DNA of 62,764 nt, counting the filler, from Choristocarpus tenellus KU-1152 (Eukaryota > Protista > Phaeophyceae), in the NCBI GenBank assembly GCA_964200185.2. It is 12 parts of 12 records of this genome, joined end to end, with 100 filler letters (N's around TTAATTAATTAA, not from the genome) between each part and the next. Parts side by side here need not be neighbours in the genome. Positions count along the whole stretch, not along the records: positions 28,750 to 33,207 come from CAXNAD020014460.1; positions 33,308 to 38,080 come from CAXNAD020013114.1; positions 38,181 to 40,683 come from CAXNAD020027269.1; positions 40,784 to 43,290 come from CAXNAD020027230.1; 8 more parts are not named here. One strand, 5' to 3'. A program made the translations under genes and the position numbers. Each line of letters starts with the position of its first letter. The first letter of the stretch is position 1. The notes under the pieces are model-generated. The model ran no database searches. It worked only from the letters and a program-made list of their open reading frames with translations, and was not told where the DNA came from. This document shows positions 30,704-43,290 of this stretch, piece after piece.

Positions 30704-32076
30704 CATAACAACATCAATCTTGCCCAAAAAGCGCTTCTGTAACTCCCAACCTAGCAACATCCTTGCCACACATGCCCGACTATACGCCTCAGACCCACCC
30801 ATGTATCCATCCTTGTACTTGAAGAACGGATCAGCAGGGCCATTGGCCATTACATCTGTGCACAAGCCACAGTAGCAGGGGAAGAGTGAAGGCATCGATT
30901 TTTATACCTTGGAGGTGACCCATACAGTCCTTAGAATGTTGGAGTATAGCAGATTTATGATAATAGGGAACCATCATTCATGATGTACTTTACACCGGAG
31001 AATACAGCAACCATGAGCAAAGAGACCATACAGAGAGAGAAGATACTTCTTATTGGACCCTCTCACACAACCCTGCAAGCACAGATCTTTGCATGCCTAC
31101 ATCAAAAAGTCAATTCACACAAATGAAAGATGTAAGGGGAATAGGGGCTGGACACACCATCAACACTTGACCCGTCAAGGACCGTAATACAAATCAGGTC
31201 CATTGTACCTCATAGGATCCTGGACCAGCATACGTTTGGTCTACAATGAAAAAGAAGCATAGGGAATCAAACCTCAAATATCACTCATCATATTATCAAA
31301 CTTTGCCAAAAAAAGTAGCACCATATCTTACTCTTAAATGGCAGGTTCGACTCTCACATATGTCACCAGTAATCCAGACAACCCGTTTTGGAGTGAGAAG
31401 CTGTGCGAGGAGGTGGTGGCCAAGTGCACAAGCTGCAAAGGTGTACTCAACCCCGCATTCCACTTGACGGCATGTGTTTGAATTGCTACCTGCATTGCAC
31501 ACAATAACGTCAACAGGTTTTACCACAGCCTCAGCAAACGCTCTCACACTGGTGAGGTCACTCGTGTCACACTGGAGCACCTTCACTGCAAGTGCATCTG
31601 GGAATCGCTCCTTGATAGCAAGGGCTGCCGCCTCCCCCTTGGGCAGGGACCTAGAACCGACAGTTACACTCGCCCCAAAGTCTGCGAGGGCAGCGGCAGT
31701 TTCAAAACCTGGGCAAGAGGTGTTCAATATTGTTAGGCTTCGGTAGGGGTCAATGTCTGGGTAACACCCGAGAAAACCGAAGTTATTATCAACTTTTATG
31801 TAACCAAAGATTTATTCTCCCGAACCCTGACCAGGGTGTATTCAGGGTACAGTAACTTAACAAAGTATGCCACCAAACAATCTGGTGTTTTTTCCAATAT
31901 TCAATTTCCGTCCATATCCACCCCATTTCGATCCAATTCGTTACACTCCATGTTCCTCACCCCCCACCTATGCCACCGATGCTGGGTCCTGTAAGCACAA
32001 TGTGCTTTCCAGTGAGATCTTCTTTCTTAGCCGTGAGGTTGCCTTGAAAGAAAACGTCATTGATCACACGGAACAT
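30704..32076 (-). CDS. Short-chain dehydrogenase/reductase (retinol dehydrogenase-like), 5' exons 32076-31968, 31708-31358, 30855-30704
   Basis: MFRVINDVFFQGNLTAKKEDLTGKHIVLTGPSIGGIG|FETAAALADFGASVTVGSRS...QCDTSDLTSVRAFAEAVVKPVDVIVCNAG...LGHHLLAQLLTPKRVVWITGDIY|VMANGPADP...EAYSRAC. It shows the Rossmann TG..GIG, D-x-S-D-L-x-S-V and NAG motifs. Downstream exons were not located. Confidence 0.88.
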
Positions 32077-33366
32077 TCTAACGTAGTGGTTCCTCGAAAA
32101 TTAGTTTAGGAGGACGACTTGAGAGCGTTCGGTCAGTTGTGTCTTGCCCCGTTTCAAGAGAGGGGAGGATACCGCTGACAATCCCTTGACTCCGTCCTAA
32201 CCCTAAACCCTAACCTTAACCCTAATCCAGTTCGAAGGGAAGTTGACAAGAAAAAACAGCGACCGGACACATTGTTTTCATATATATAAGATGAGATAGA
32301 AAGAACGGATGCCCTTCGTTACCTGGTAGATGCTCCAGAACCCCACAAAGCAGGACAAGGGAGTTAGAAAGCGCTCTCTAATGGAAACCTAAATGCGATA
32401 TGCTTCAATTTTTTCCCAAAAACCCTTGTGTTCCCAACCCAGCGAGACATAGTCTATATAGGGAAATCAACTAGAGAGCAACAGGATGTGGACAGAAATC
32501 CAGGAATTGGGAGGGTTGCCGCGAAGAACGAGAGGTGGGATGGGGACGACTTGGACAAAGTGCAGTGAATTGTTAATTGTCCAGGATCACTGAGGACTGT
32601 GCTACACTAACCTGCACACATAGTAAGATTGCATATATAGTACCACCGTCATAAAGAAGCAACAGTGGTATACTGCATGCGAGGATCTATTGGAGATGAA
32701 GTGCAAAGAAACGTCTAGGTCTATGCATGATGCCAAAGAATAAGACTACGAACACCCTGCGGTACCAACCATGAGAACAATCGCAAGTGAGAAGCATGCC
32801 CTTGTTGACCTCATGGTACCAAAGTTGGACTATACGGTTCTCCTCACAAGCCAATGAAACAGGAACCAAGCGAGATAACAGTTGAAGTGGATCGTGCTTA
32901 CCTTTACGATACTAGGAATGTGTTACTGCAACAGAAGTTGATGCTAAGTAATACTAACAAGTACACTATAGTAGTGTTGTCCCAATTGACTTTCCTCCTG
33001 AGTCAGCGGTGTATGTTGAAGATAAATGCATCAGTGCGCATTACATCAACGTTTTCGAAAATATTGGATGATACAATTATTTGCAACCAAATCTGGATAT
33101 ATCATGATATTCCACGCAACAACCTCTGGGGGGGGGGGGGGGGGGGGGCGGGCCCTTGGGGGGGGGGGGGGGGGGGGCACCTCTGCACACCACCCCCCCC
33201 CGGATACNNNNNNNNNNNNNNNNNNNNNNNNNNNNNNNNNNNNNNNNNNNNTTAATTAATTAANNNNNNNNNNNNNNNNNNNNNNNNNNNNNNNNNNNNN
33301 NNNNNNNCTCCCCACCCCCACCCACCCCCCCACCCTCCCCCCTCTCTCACTGCCTGTCTAACTCAG

Positions 33367-36354
33367 GATGAAGGGGGACTCCCGACCCTTCGGAGGCGTT
33401 CAGTTGGTTCTTTGTGGCGATTTTTTTCAGCTCCCTCCGGTTGGAATAGGTTCAAACGGTGTGAACTTCTGCTTCGAAGCTAAGACGTGGGAAAGCTCCT
33501 TGGACCAGTGCATTGTGCTCAAGCAGGTTTGTTTTTTGTTTGTTTTTTGGGGGGGAGGAAGGTTAAGGTTTCTCGTGTAATGATGCGTTTATACTCGATG
33601 CTGCAAATAGCATTTCTTCGTTGGAGTTCAAGGAGCGGGGGAAGAATGAGATGAACTCATGTCAATCTCTCCCCCTGTCCCAAGATGGCTGTTTTTGTGT
33701 ATGTTTTTTTTTCTGTTAGGGAAGGCGTTGGTTGAAGTCTACCGTTTCAGATAGTGGAATCCTCGGCAGTTCATTGTTGTCGCTTGGATAGCCTCCTCGC
33801 TGGACTCATTACACTGCAGTTTTATTATTATCCTCATCCCTGAACCACTCCGAAACCTTGGGGGGTTCATTTTTTGCACATGTTGTTAAATCAAACGTGT
33901 CCACCGTCTGACCCCCCAGCTCACGGACTAAGTCATCTCCGTTGTCGTTGCGATATTCGAATTTCAAATTCAAATCTCGGTCACCCTCAATAGAACTAAT
34001 CCTCACGCAGAGCAGACAGACCAGACCTGTGGGGGTTCACTGGTCGATGCAGGGGGAGCTAGCTCTGAGGGGTTTGATTGCTGGTTCCAGGAAGTTCGGT
34101 GAAGGGATTTTTTTTTTTTTTTAATGAAGATGCGTCCTTTTCTTGTCGACTGAATTTCTACTGTTTATGCAATTTTGATGTCTTTTTCATGTACAGCACA
34201 CACCCAGCGATGAAAGATGAAGTTAGGTTACACGTAGGTCTCGATTTTTTTTATTCTTCTTATTATTATTTATTCTTGGTCTCACCAACCGTCAGTTTTA
34301 TTCTAGAATGCGGATTGGGTGGAGAGAGAGGGAGAGCCAGCTGTTTCCTGTTTCCATGGGAGGTATTTGGTTGATTGCAGGCTTTTTGAAGGTTGGGGGG
34401 GGGGGGGGGGTTTCTTTGAGGGGGGGGTTGCATGACTGGATCGGTAGTGAAAAAAGCCTGAGGAAGGTGTATTTTTGATGTCGTGAAAGCTTTGAAATTC
34501 ACAGAAAGGAATGGACAGAACACTCCAGAAGACACGACACATGCTGGAGTGTATGTGTCTTTCACTGTTGTGGGTATCCCTAAGTGTCTTTGGAAGTAGG
34601 CGCGCCCACATCTTCTCCTCTCTTCCTTGTGTTGGTACTTTTTTTTGTTTGAAGGAGTTGTATTGTAGAGTGCTTTTCTAGGTGATGATTGATCGTATGC
34701 ACTCTCCCCTGATCATAAATTGAAGATACATATGTCTATGTATGTATGTATATATACATACACATCTTTTTGTTGAAGAACGTTTCTGCCAGTGTTTTGA
34801 TGTAGTGTTTTGGTTTGTTTGGAGGTAGGTATGGTATGGTATGGTATGGTATGGTATGGTATGGTATGGTATGGTATGGTCGAGACACGTACGGTGTGTG
34901 TTATGTTTGGAATGAGTTGCACTGATAGTGATACATGCACAATGTCATGCACTGCTCAGCCGACTTCCTATGTCTTAGTCAGCAGAAAATGGGAAATATC
35001 TGGAGTGGTCGCCAACTCAATTGAGAAGAGGTTACCTTTTATTGTTTTAGATTATTAAACCTTAATTTTAAGAGCCTATTTCAATATATATATATATATA
35101 TATTTATTTTTCTCCACCTTCTCCCCTCCCCCCCCCTCCCTTTTTTTCGATGCAGGTCTTCCGCCAGAAAGATCCTCGGTTTCTTTCGATTCTGCATGAA
35201 ATGAGGGAGGGGAAGATCAGCAACAAGTCCCAATCAATCCTGCATCAGAAGGTAAAGAGTGATAAGATTTTTTTTTTTTTTTTAAGAAATGTAAAACCTG
35301 AGTCGTTAGTTAGAAATATATATATATTTTAAACTGATGTGAGGATGAGGTCAGGATTGTAGCATGACATGGCGGTAGACAATAGTGTTTGAATTGAAGT
35401 TTCAGGAAATGTTTTGGAAGGATACATATCCGTTCTTCATTTTGATGGCAAAGGGAATTGGGATGGTGGGGGGGGGGGGGGGGGGGGGGGGGTGAAGAGG
35501 AGTGAGGGATGGGGTGGCTGTCGCATCGGAGTTGGAACGTTCTGGAACAACTTGATAGCCTATCATGTGAGATTGTAAGGGGAGAGAGGATCTGGGAAAT
35601 TGGGATTCTAAGCAGTGTTTGATTCTCTTGAGTTGTGGGTGCAGTGTTTTGTAGATCATGGGGAAGAGGATATGCTAGATCCAAAGAGATGTGATCGATT
35701 TCCAAGTGTTTGTACCCTCTTTTGTCACAGCGAACCAAGTTACTAGTGGGACACCTTTGCACTGAATCCTTTTTATATTCATAGTATTGTTGACATTACC
35801 ACCCCAACCCTCTCTCACTTCACGTTTCACCAGGCTGTTGGGTGCTATGCATGGCACCTGCAAAGAGATGAAGTATTTATGGTAGCGTTTGATGATTGAC
35901 CTTATTTTTCTTATACAACCCTAACCCTTCCGCCGTTGAACCTTCTGGTAGTAATACAATAGAGCACATGAGCATAGAGTACACTCGATAGTAACTGGTG
36001 CCTCAGTACCAACCCCAACCCCGGGAACCAATGCTGAGTGCTTGCATGCTCTGCCCTCGGGATCACAATTGATTATCAAGGTGCAAGACACCAGGCACCA
36101 CAGACAGTGGCAAGCCACACGAGCAGCACAGGCAGCTAAAGGGGGGGAGAGAGGAGAGGACCCTGGCACGGGGGATGTGACTGAGGTGATTGATGATGCT
36201 TCGGGTGCAACAGGGGAGAAAGCCGTGGTGGAGGTTCATTGCGGAGTGGAAGGAAAGCCCGAGGTGACAGGAGGAGCAGTTTTACCCACAAAGCTTTTCA
36301 GCAGGAATATGGATGTGGATCGATTGAATAATAGTGAGCTGCAGCGACTGACAG
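33367..36354 (+). CDS. PIF1: Pif1-family 5'-3' DNA helicase (internal exons 33367-33526, 35156-35251, 36081-36354)
   Basis: PFGGVQLVLCGDFFQLPPV (motif III), IVLKQ|VFRQKDPRFLSILHEMREG (motif IV plus Pif1 signature) and PTKLFSRNMDVDRLNNSELQRL. GT-AG junctions are in phase. Confidence 0.92.
34827..34880. repeat. (GGTAT)n microsatellite in a Pif1 intron
   Basis: Direct inspection. Confidence 0.9.
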
Positions 36355-38061
36355 GTGTGTTCTTATGTCTTTTGGTTCGTTGGTTTATGTGTGTGTGTGT
36401 GTGTGTGCGTGTGTGTGTTTTGGTTTGTTTTGTTTTTTAGGAAGGTTGTGGACTACTGTTGACTAATTATTTTTTACTGTTTCATGTTTTACTGTGGGTA
36501 GAGTGGAGTGTGTGTGTGTGTATGTGTGTGTGTTTTGTTTTGATTTGTTATACACTACTATTTTTGTTGTTTCGCAGGTGTTGTTTGGTATTGTTATACG
36601 CTTACTGTCAACGCATTGTTGAGTATTATGTGCATTGTTGGGTGTTATGTGTATGTCACTGAAATAGTGCATCTTTAGGATAAAGGGTGGCAAGTGTGGG
36701 TATAGGAATTGTCGGCATTACTTTGTGTGTGTGTGTGTGTTGTGTGTGTGTGTGTTTGTAACAGGCGTTGGTTGTGCTCAACAGATGTACTTGTGCTTGT
36801 TGATGTGTTTTATGTTAGCAGTCTGGTTCACGACCCAGCACGGGGTCTACTATATATATATTTTTTAAATGGTCGGTCCAGGGTCGTCAACACACCGGTC
36901 CTTGTATTGACCCTATGTAAAAGTACTTCAGGACAGGACCAGTCCAGGGTCATGAACAAGTTTTATGGTCTGGTTTATGGTTCAGGCATGTTTTGGTTTG
37001 TTTCTCACAGCAGGGCCATTACAGAGCCACCATCAGATATTTCTGTAAACTTGTCCGTGGGCTGACCCGAAGAAGGGCATTGGAGTTTTGAAAAAAGAAC
37101 TTGGGGGGGGGAGGTGAGCTGCACTTGTTGCTCAATTGGTTGATGCTGTGTTGCATCCCTCAAATCTTGGTCCAAGGTCAAGGCCAGTCCCACCTAAAGT
37201 TCAAGCCAAATATGGTAACACAATGCTGAAGAATGGAATTGGCAATGTTGGTGGAACAGGTTGACCAAGTATTGTGAAAGAAACTGATGACAGTATGAAG
37301 AAAGTATTGAATATATATATATATATATCCTGTCAGAGGTATGTGTATATGTTTATGTATATTATATTATATTGGCAGTATACCCTAAAGTGTCACACCA
37401 ATCCACTGATCTCCTAGATATCTGGTTGGCTGGAACCTCCGATTTGGCCTCAATATCATTGGCCACAATTTTTCATTATGTTTGGTACCATGAAACCTCG
37501 GCCTCAATCAGAACCCGGAATCAAGCCCAAGACAGAGAGACAGACATGGACACAAACGCTATTAATAGAACAACTTAATCCCTACTACAATATGGACCTC
37601 CCCCCAATTCAATGGTCCAGGAGAGCGTCAGCTGTATCATGCGGATGACAGAGGTGAGGAGCCCTACCTCAAGCAACTGCAGAACCACTGTGCTGCCCCT
37701 GCTTTGCTTGAACTCAAGGTTGGATCACAGAGGGAGGGAAGGGATTTGATAAGGGCTGGGGAGGGGAAGGGAGGGGAGGGGGGGGGTGGGGGGGGTTCGA
37801 GTCTTAGTATGTTACTTGTTGGAAACTTCCTTTCTCTTATCCCTGACATCCCTAACCCTCATTTTGACCTTCAGTAGAAGAATACATTGTTTCAATTAAA
37901 AACATGTGCCTACCTCAGGTAAGTATGTCGATTCTTTATCTCAATCCTCCAGTTCCCCTAACCCTAATTTCAATCTCAACAATAAATTCGGTATTATAAT
38001 ATAACAACATTTTAATAAAAATATATGTTCATATTTATATTATCTGGCTGGCTGACTGGCT

Positions 38062-38209
38062 GGGTCAAAGTATCTGGGGGNNNNNNNNNNNNNNNNNNNN
38101 NNNNNNNNNNNNNNNNNNNNNNNNTTAATTAATTAANNNNNNNNNNNNNNNNNNNNNNNNNNNNNNNNNNNNNNNNNNNNCTGCCACCCCCCCCCAGATA
38201 CTTTGAGTC
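38062..38209. mobile_element. MITE family B termini on both sides of a linker (38062-38080 and 38181-38209)
   Basis: gggtcaaagtatctggggg and ccccccagatactttgagtc. Confidence 0.75.
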
Positions 38210-38344
38210 AGAGGTCGCACTCGTTCACCACGTCGTCACCGTAGGACCAGTGATTATTATTCTCCACACAGGTCTGTCTCACCCAGACCATCTCGAAGGA
38301 ATAGCCTAAGTACGGTACGTCAGTTCAGAGAGGTTGAGGCAGAG

Positions 38345-40683
38345 TTGCGAAGGGAAATTTATGAGTTACTTGCACGAGCTGAGTCGCATGCGTTGCATGA
38401 GTCACAACCCGATAGACAAGAGCGCAACCTCGACATGCTTTATCATCAGGATTGTGTTAAAACCATGGAACGCATTCATAGGAAACTCGGAGACCCTCCT
38501 AAAGGCCCTGTCTTTCTTGGAGTACCTGCAGATAACTCCGCCCCAACCATGTCAAACAATCCCGTTTTTTTCACTGACGCTCTTACCAAGGTTTTCGGGA
38601 GGGTTCAGGGAGGATCGTGGGCCTTACCCAAAGACCGTGTCCACTATCGTAATACATCACGCCCTCGTAGTGATGCCCTCACCCCTTTCCGCATCGAGCT
38701 TCTTGAGCAACTGCTGTCTGACTCTCTTAGGACCCACAGTAATCTCTTAAGCGACTCACCTACAGTGGAAGTCCCGAGCGTCACCAGACAACTCCTTCGA
38801 GTTCCTAGGGAAGACATGACCGCGACAGAGTGGGTTCGAATTCTGGTGAGAGAATGCACTCTTTCTTATAGTCAATCGAAGAATGCTGTAAAGAACGCAA
38901 TGAGTTCTTTAAAGACGGAAAGAGGGGAATCTTGGAAAGCTGCAGCCAATCGACTTGTCTTACACTATCGAGCATATATCGTAGATTCGCGGATCACTCA
39001 TGTTTGCGAGACAACTTTCTTTTGGAGGTATATAGCTGAAGATCAACTCATTAATCTATGTGAAAGAGCTCTTCCTATTCTTCCCAAAGTTCTAGATCAG
39101 ATCGGAGTGCAGTTGATGGCATCCTTTAGAAGATGAAATGGTACAGTGGGGAATTAAGGCAGAACGGATCTTTGACGATCTTATCGAAGAATGATCCAAT
39201 CGTAGCGACCAGTATGCATTTGTCCCAACCAATCAAAATGCTACAAAACCTGCGTCGTCCAAAGATAGGACACCCCCTGCTTTAGGTAGCATGGCTAACG
39301 CTCGCGCTATGTTTGCAAGCATGTCCGACCCTTTGTTTGCTCCAGTTGAAGTGCCGATAGGAGGAAAGGAACTGGAACTACCCCAACACAGCAAGACATC
39401 CTTGTCGCGAGAGGTGCCAAGCCAGAATCCACCACCGCACCAAGAAGTGGTCAACAATGTGTTGGCAGCCCTCGCACCGATGCTCCAACCTGTTCTGTCC
39501 CAAAACCCCCTGCCCACTGTCTGTGCTACGCCGACAAACCAACCTGCTTCTGCTCCTGGGAAATATGGGACTACGTTCGTTTCGATATAACCACAGACAG
39601 AGCGAGCGATGCAGGTCGACACCATTCGGGTAAGGATTTTCCTTCACCATCTGCTTCCCAAGATGAGGTTGTCGAGTGGCTCAAGGCACATCGAGTTTGC
39701 TTTCATCACGCTTTTGGTCGCGATTGCTTCAAGTCTATTGGCCGCAGGTGTAGGTATACTCATGACGACTCCATAGTTCCTAAAGGTTACTTTGCATATC
39801 TTTCCCGAGACAAGCAAAGTACTACCCCAGCTAATGAGTCGCTTACGATGGTAGCCTTGACAGTCTCCCATTTTCATTACCTTGCCGCGATGCAGGACTT
39901 TGAGTTCCCGCCACTATCTACAAGCAGTCCGACCGATTCTGAAGTACCCGAGTTGCCCTGAGGGTACGCCCTGGAGTCTTCAGCTCCAGGGAACTTAGAC
40001 ACTGTAGCCATAGGAAGCATGACCCCCACACCCACCTCGACAATATCCACTATGTCAACTGCCCAACGAACGAGTCAAGTATGGCTATCTGCACTGCTAT
40101 GGCACCCTCGCAAAGTCCGCTCGAGAATGCCTGTACAGATACTCCTTGACACAGGTGCAGGAGGTGGGAACTACATTTCGTCTGTTTTTTGGCGCAGTAC
40201 TACTCTCTGGGGAGGTAGCACAGACCTACCACACCTTAACCAAACCGGTAAAGGAACGTTGCATGCAGCAAACCCAAAAGGTTGCAAGACTCCACCTATG
40301 AAGGTATTGGGTCTTGCATACTGCCGATATTGTTTCCCCCAGAGGATAGAGTCCGCAATGTGACATTTAGGGTAGTGGAGGGCTTACCTTATGGGATGGT
40401 TCTAGGAGCAGCATTCTATAGGCAAAACAAGAGTATATTGTCATTTAGAGAAAGGGAAGGCTTTCGACCAGCTCCAAACTCACCATGGATACCTTTTGTT
40501 CGAGCTGTGACACCCCGATCTCGTGATAACAATACACACCTGTCAACCCTAGGAGAGTGGCAAGCATCAATGACACCCACAACTCGACCATCCAAGTACC
40601 ACAGACTGCCCCTCAGTAACCCCAGATCAGGTGGATGTAGAGAACCCCCCCCTGGCACATGTTAAAACATAGGCTACTCATTT
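38345..40683 (+). mobile_element. Degenerate retrotransposon gag + aspartic protease (probably Ty3/gypsy-like), truncated
   Basis: An intronless 263-aa gag-like ORF, a Cys/His finger at ~39698-39763, then ILLDTGAGGGNYIS (retropepsin DTG) and FRVVEGLPYGMVLGAAFY, with stops and frameshifts. Confidence 0.75.
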
Positions 40684-40783
40684 NNNNNNNNNNNNNNNNN
40701 NNNNNNNNNNNNNNNNNNNNNNNNNNNTTAATTAATTAANNNNNNNNNNNNNNNNNNNNNNNNNNNNNNNNNNNNNNNNNNNN

Positions 40784-40803
40784 CCCCCCAGATACTTTGA
40801 CCC
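40784..40803. mobile_element. MITE family B terminus at a contig start
   Basis: cccccagatactttgaccc abuts the CRE-like relic. Confidence 0.7.
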
Positions 40804-41630
40804 TGTTCCACACAGAGGCACTGGCGGACGCTGGAACAGTCCCCTACAGGGACAAAGGCCTTCTGCTAGATGTCACCTTCTCAGAGGTACAAGCAACCTC
40901 CCAACTTACCCATGCATCCACCAGCAATGGTGTAGCTGCTGATGCAGCCAAGGCGCGAAAGTGCACCCACTACGAGATCCTCGTAGTTATTACCTTAACA
41001 TCTTCGCGGTGGAAAGTTTTGGGTGCCTCAGCGAGCAAGTGGAATGCTTCCTAGATGAGCTGACTACTCACATGGTAGGGGGGAGAGGAAATGGAGGATA
41101 TAGGAGGAAAGGAGTAGTTAAATCCCAGCTACACCAAATTGTCTCAGTAACTACGCAAGTGGCACTGTCTAGATGTGTCATGCAATTTAAGCTGGAGTCA
41201 CCAGGGAGATGGGCACAGAGGGGTTTATTTTATTTTTGGGATGCCTCCCTAGCTCCTCCCGGCACACAGGTATAGGTAGATTGGAGACATGGGAGGGCAG
41301 TAGTACAACATAGATAGTGGTGAAGTAACAAATGGATTAGGGTTTTTCACATTTACGACATTTTATTTCTTTAGGGCTTATACTGACAATGTGTATAATT
41401 TCATTGGTTTCCCCCTGACATATCTGAAAAATGTCAGACGACAAAATAATAAATATATACATGTTTTAATAATTTAGTAGTAGAATATAGACAGTGCTGA
41501 AATAGCAAATAGATAGTATCTTTCACATTTATGACATTTTATTTCTTTAGGTCTTATACTGACAATGTGTATCTTTTCATTGGTTTCCCCCCAGACACAT
41601 CTGTAAAATGTAAGAGGGCATAATAATATT
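40804..41630 (+). mobile_element. CRE-like RLE retrotransposon 3' relic with a duplicated 3' tail
   Basis: GLLLDVTFSEVQ...AAKARKCTHY.../FAVESFGCLSEQVECFLDELT...QLHQIVSVTTQVALSR, followed by two copies of a ~110-bp AT-rich tail module (41343-41455, 41519-41628). Confidence 0.72.
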
Positions 41631-41649
41631 AAACTAATTATTCAGTGTA

Positions 41650-42230
41650 TTTTATTATTATGCCCTGTGACATTTTCAGATGTGTGAGGAGGGGGGGGGA
41701 CAAATGAAAACTATACAGATTGTCAGTATTAGCCCTAAAGAAATAAATGTCATAAACGTGAAAACATGATTCTTTTTGTTACTTCACCACTATCTATGTT
41801 GTACTACTGCCTTCCTGTGCCTCCAATCTACCTATTCCTGCATCCCAGGGGGAGGAGCGAGGGAAGCATCTCAAGAATCCAATAAACTCCTCTGTGCCCA
41901 TATCCCTGGTGACTCCAGCTTAAAACGCATGACATGTCTAGACAGCGCCACTTGCATAGTTACTGAGACAATTTGGCATAGTTGGGATTTAACCACTCCT
42001 TACCTGCTATATCCTTCATTTCCTCTCCCCCCTACCATGTGAGTAGCCAGCTCATCTAGGAAGCATTCCGCTTGCTTGCTGAGGTGCCCAAACCTCTCCA
42101 CCGCGAAGGTGTTGAGGTTTTTTATACCAGGATTAAAAAAGCCCTTGTAGTGGGTGTACATTTTACCATGTAACTCAACCAGCGACTTTGTGCGACGAGC
42201 CTTACATGCACTAAGCTTCTCAGCACGCTT
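41650..42230 (-). mobile_element. Second CRE-like RLE relic in inverted (tail-to-tail) orientation
   Basis: The reverse complement matches 40950-41450 across both the coding relic and the tail. Confidence 0.72.
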
Positions 42231-42489
42231 GAGTCAAAGTATCTTTGAGGGTAGAATCGCGTCCATTTGGGGGCCAAAATCAAATGTTGATATTTTGATG
42301 CAATTTTGGCTGTCGTGTTTGTTAGGAGGTGTCAATATCCTTGTTCTGGACACATTTTTTCATAATGTATACATATTACCTACTCCAAACCATATCAGAT
42401 TAGGTAAAATGTCATTAAAAACCTGTGGGAAGCCAAGCCCCAAATGGACAAACAGGGCAAAACTTGTACCTTCTTAGATGCTTTCACTT
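42231..42489 (+). mobile_element. MITE family A copy 4, TSD GCTT
   Basis: gctt|gagtcaaagtatc...gatgctttcactt|gctt. Confidence 0.93.
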
Positions 42490-42753
42490 GCTTATAAGCG
42501 CCTAAACCAAACTCTAGTTAGGGGAGGCGCAGCCGAACTGGATTGGTTTGAGTTGGTATGGCATCACTCATGACCTCAGAAAGGTTTCAAACCAAACTTC
42601 TTCAGCTATCTGACGACAATTACGCTGAGTGATTCGCCAATACACGTACCTTCCTGGGCGTTAAAGGCGATATCAAAGAGGCGATGGGTACTGGGAGGAA
42701 CCTATTAGGGTAGGTGACATAGATTTCATTAAGGGAGGAAGTCCAAGACTGTC

Positions 42754-43017
42754 TTAGCCGTTGTGACTGACAATGGCAAGGTGAGATTGAATGCTTTCAA
42801 AACATGCTATTTTGATTTGGGGGCTTCCAATAATGTGATGAAAGACCATAAGTACATATATGACTTCACCACGGTCATGTTGTGGCCTTTGTGAACATGA
42901 AGTCATGTATGTACTTAGCTTAGAGTCTTTTGTCACATTATTGGAAGCCCCCGAATCAAAACAGCATGTTTCGAAAGCACTCAATCTCACCTTGCCATTT
43001 TCAGCCACAGCGACTAA
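42754..43017. repeat. Imperfect inverted repeat (fold-back) with ~115-bp arms
   Basis: 42754-42868 is the reverse complement of ~42897-43017, e.g. aatggcaaggtgagattga / tcaatctcaccttgccatt and gggggcttccaataatgtga / tcacattattggaagccccc. Confidence 0.9.
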
Positions 43018-43122
43018 CACTCCAGAAATGAAGACTGTAAGAGCAGCACGTAGCTCTCCTGAATGTGATTTATGGGATCAAGCTAGAATAGAAGAGATGT
43101 CTGACTTGTTGAATAATCTTTG
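42990..43122 (+). mobile_element. Ty1/copia fragment (segment just upstream of RT)
   Basis: TPEMKTVRAARSSPECDLWDQARIEEMSDLLNN resembles the copia P-x-T-x-x-x-A...W-x-x-A-x-x-E-E-x-x-x-L motif. It is interrupted by a MITE B copy. Confidence 0.5.
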
Positions 43123-43290
43123 GGCTCAAAGTATCTGGGGGGGAGAGGCGGCTGTCCATTTGGGGTCAATCTTTTCATGTTACGATTTTTGGGTGATTTG
43201 GTTGTATACATTGGATGGATAATGTAAATGCACTTTTTCTGATTTTGACCCAAATTGACACCGTAGTGTAGACTTCCCCCCCCCCCCCCC
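43123..43290 (+). mobile_element. MITE family B, nearly complete copy
   Basis: ggctcaaagtatct-polyG-...gtccatttggggtcaa...ttgacccaaattgacac...gtagac-polyC. Matches 60050-60199 and 51850-51934. Confidence 0.85.

Noticed and set aside
33367-36354. Helitron RepHel helicase
   Set aside because: Long introns and canonical cellular Pif1 motifs, with no Rep domain or Helitron termini on the contig.
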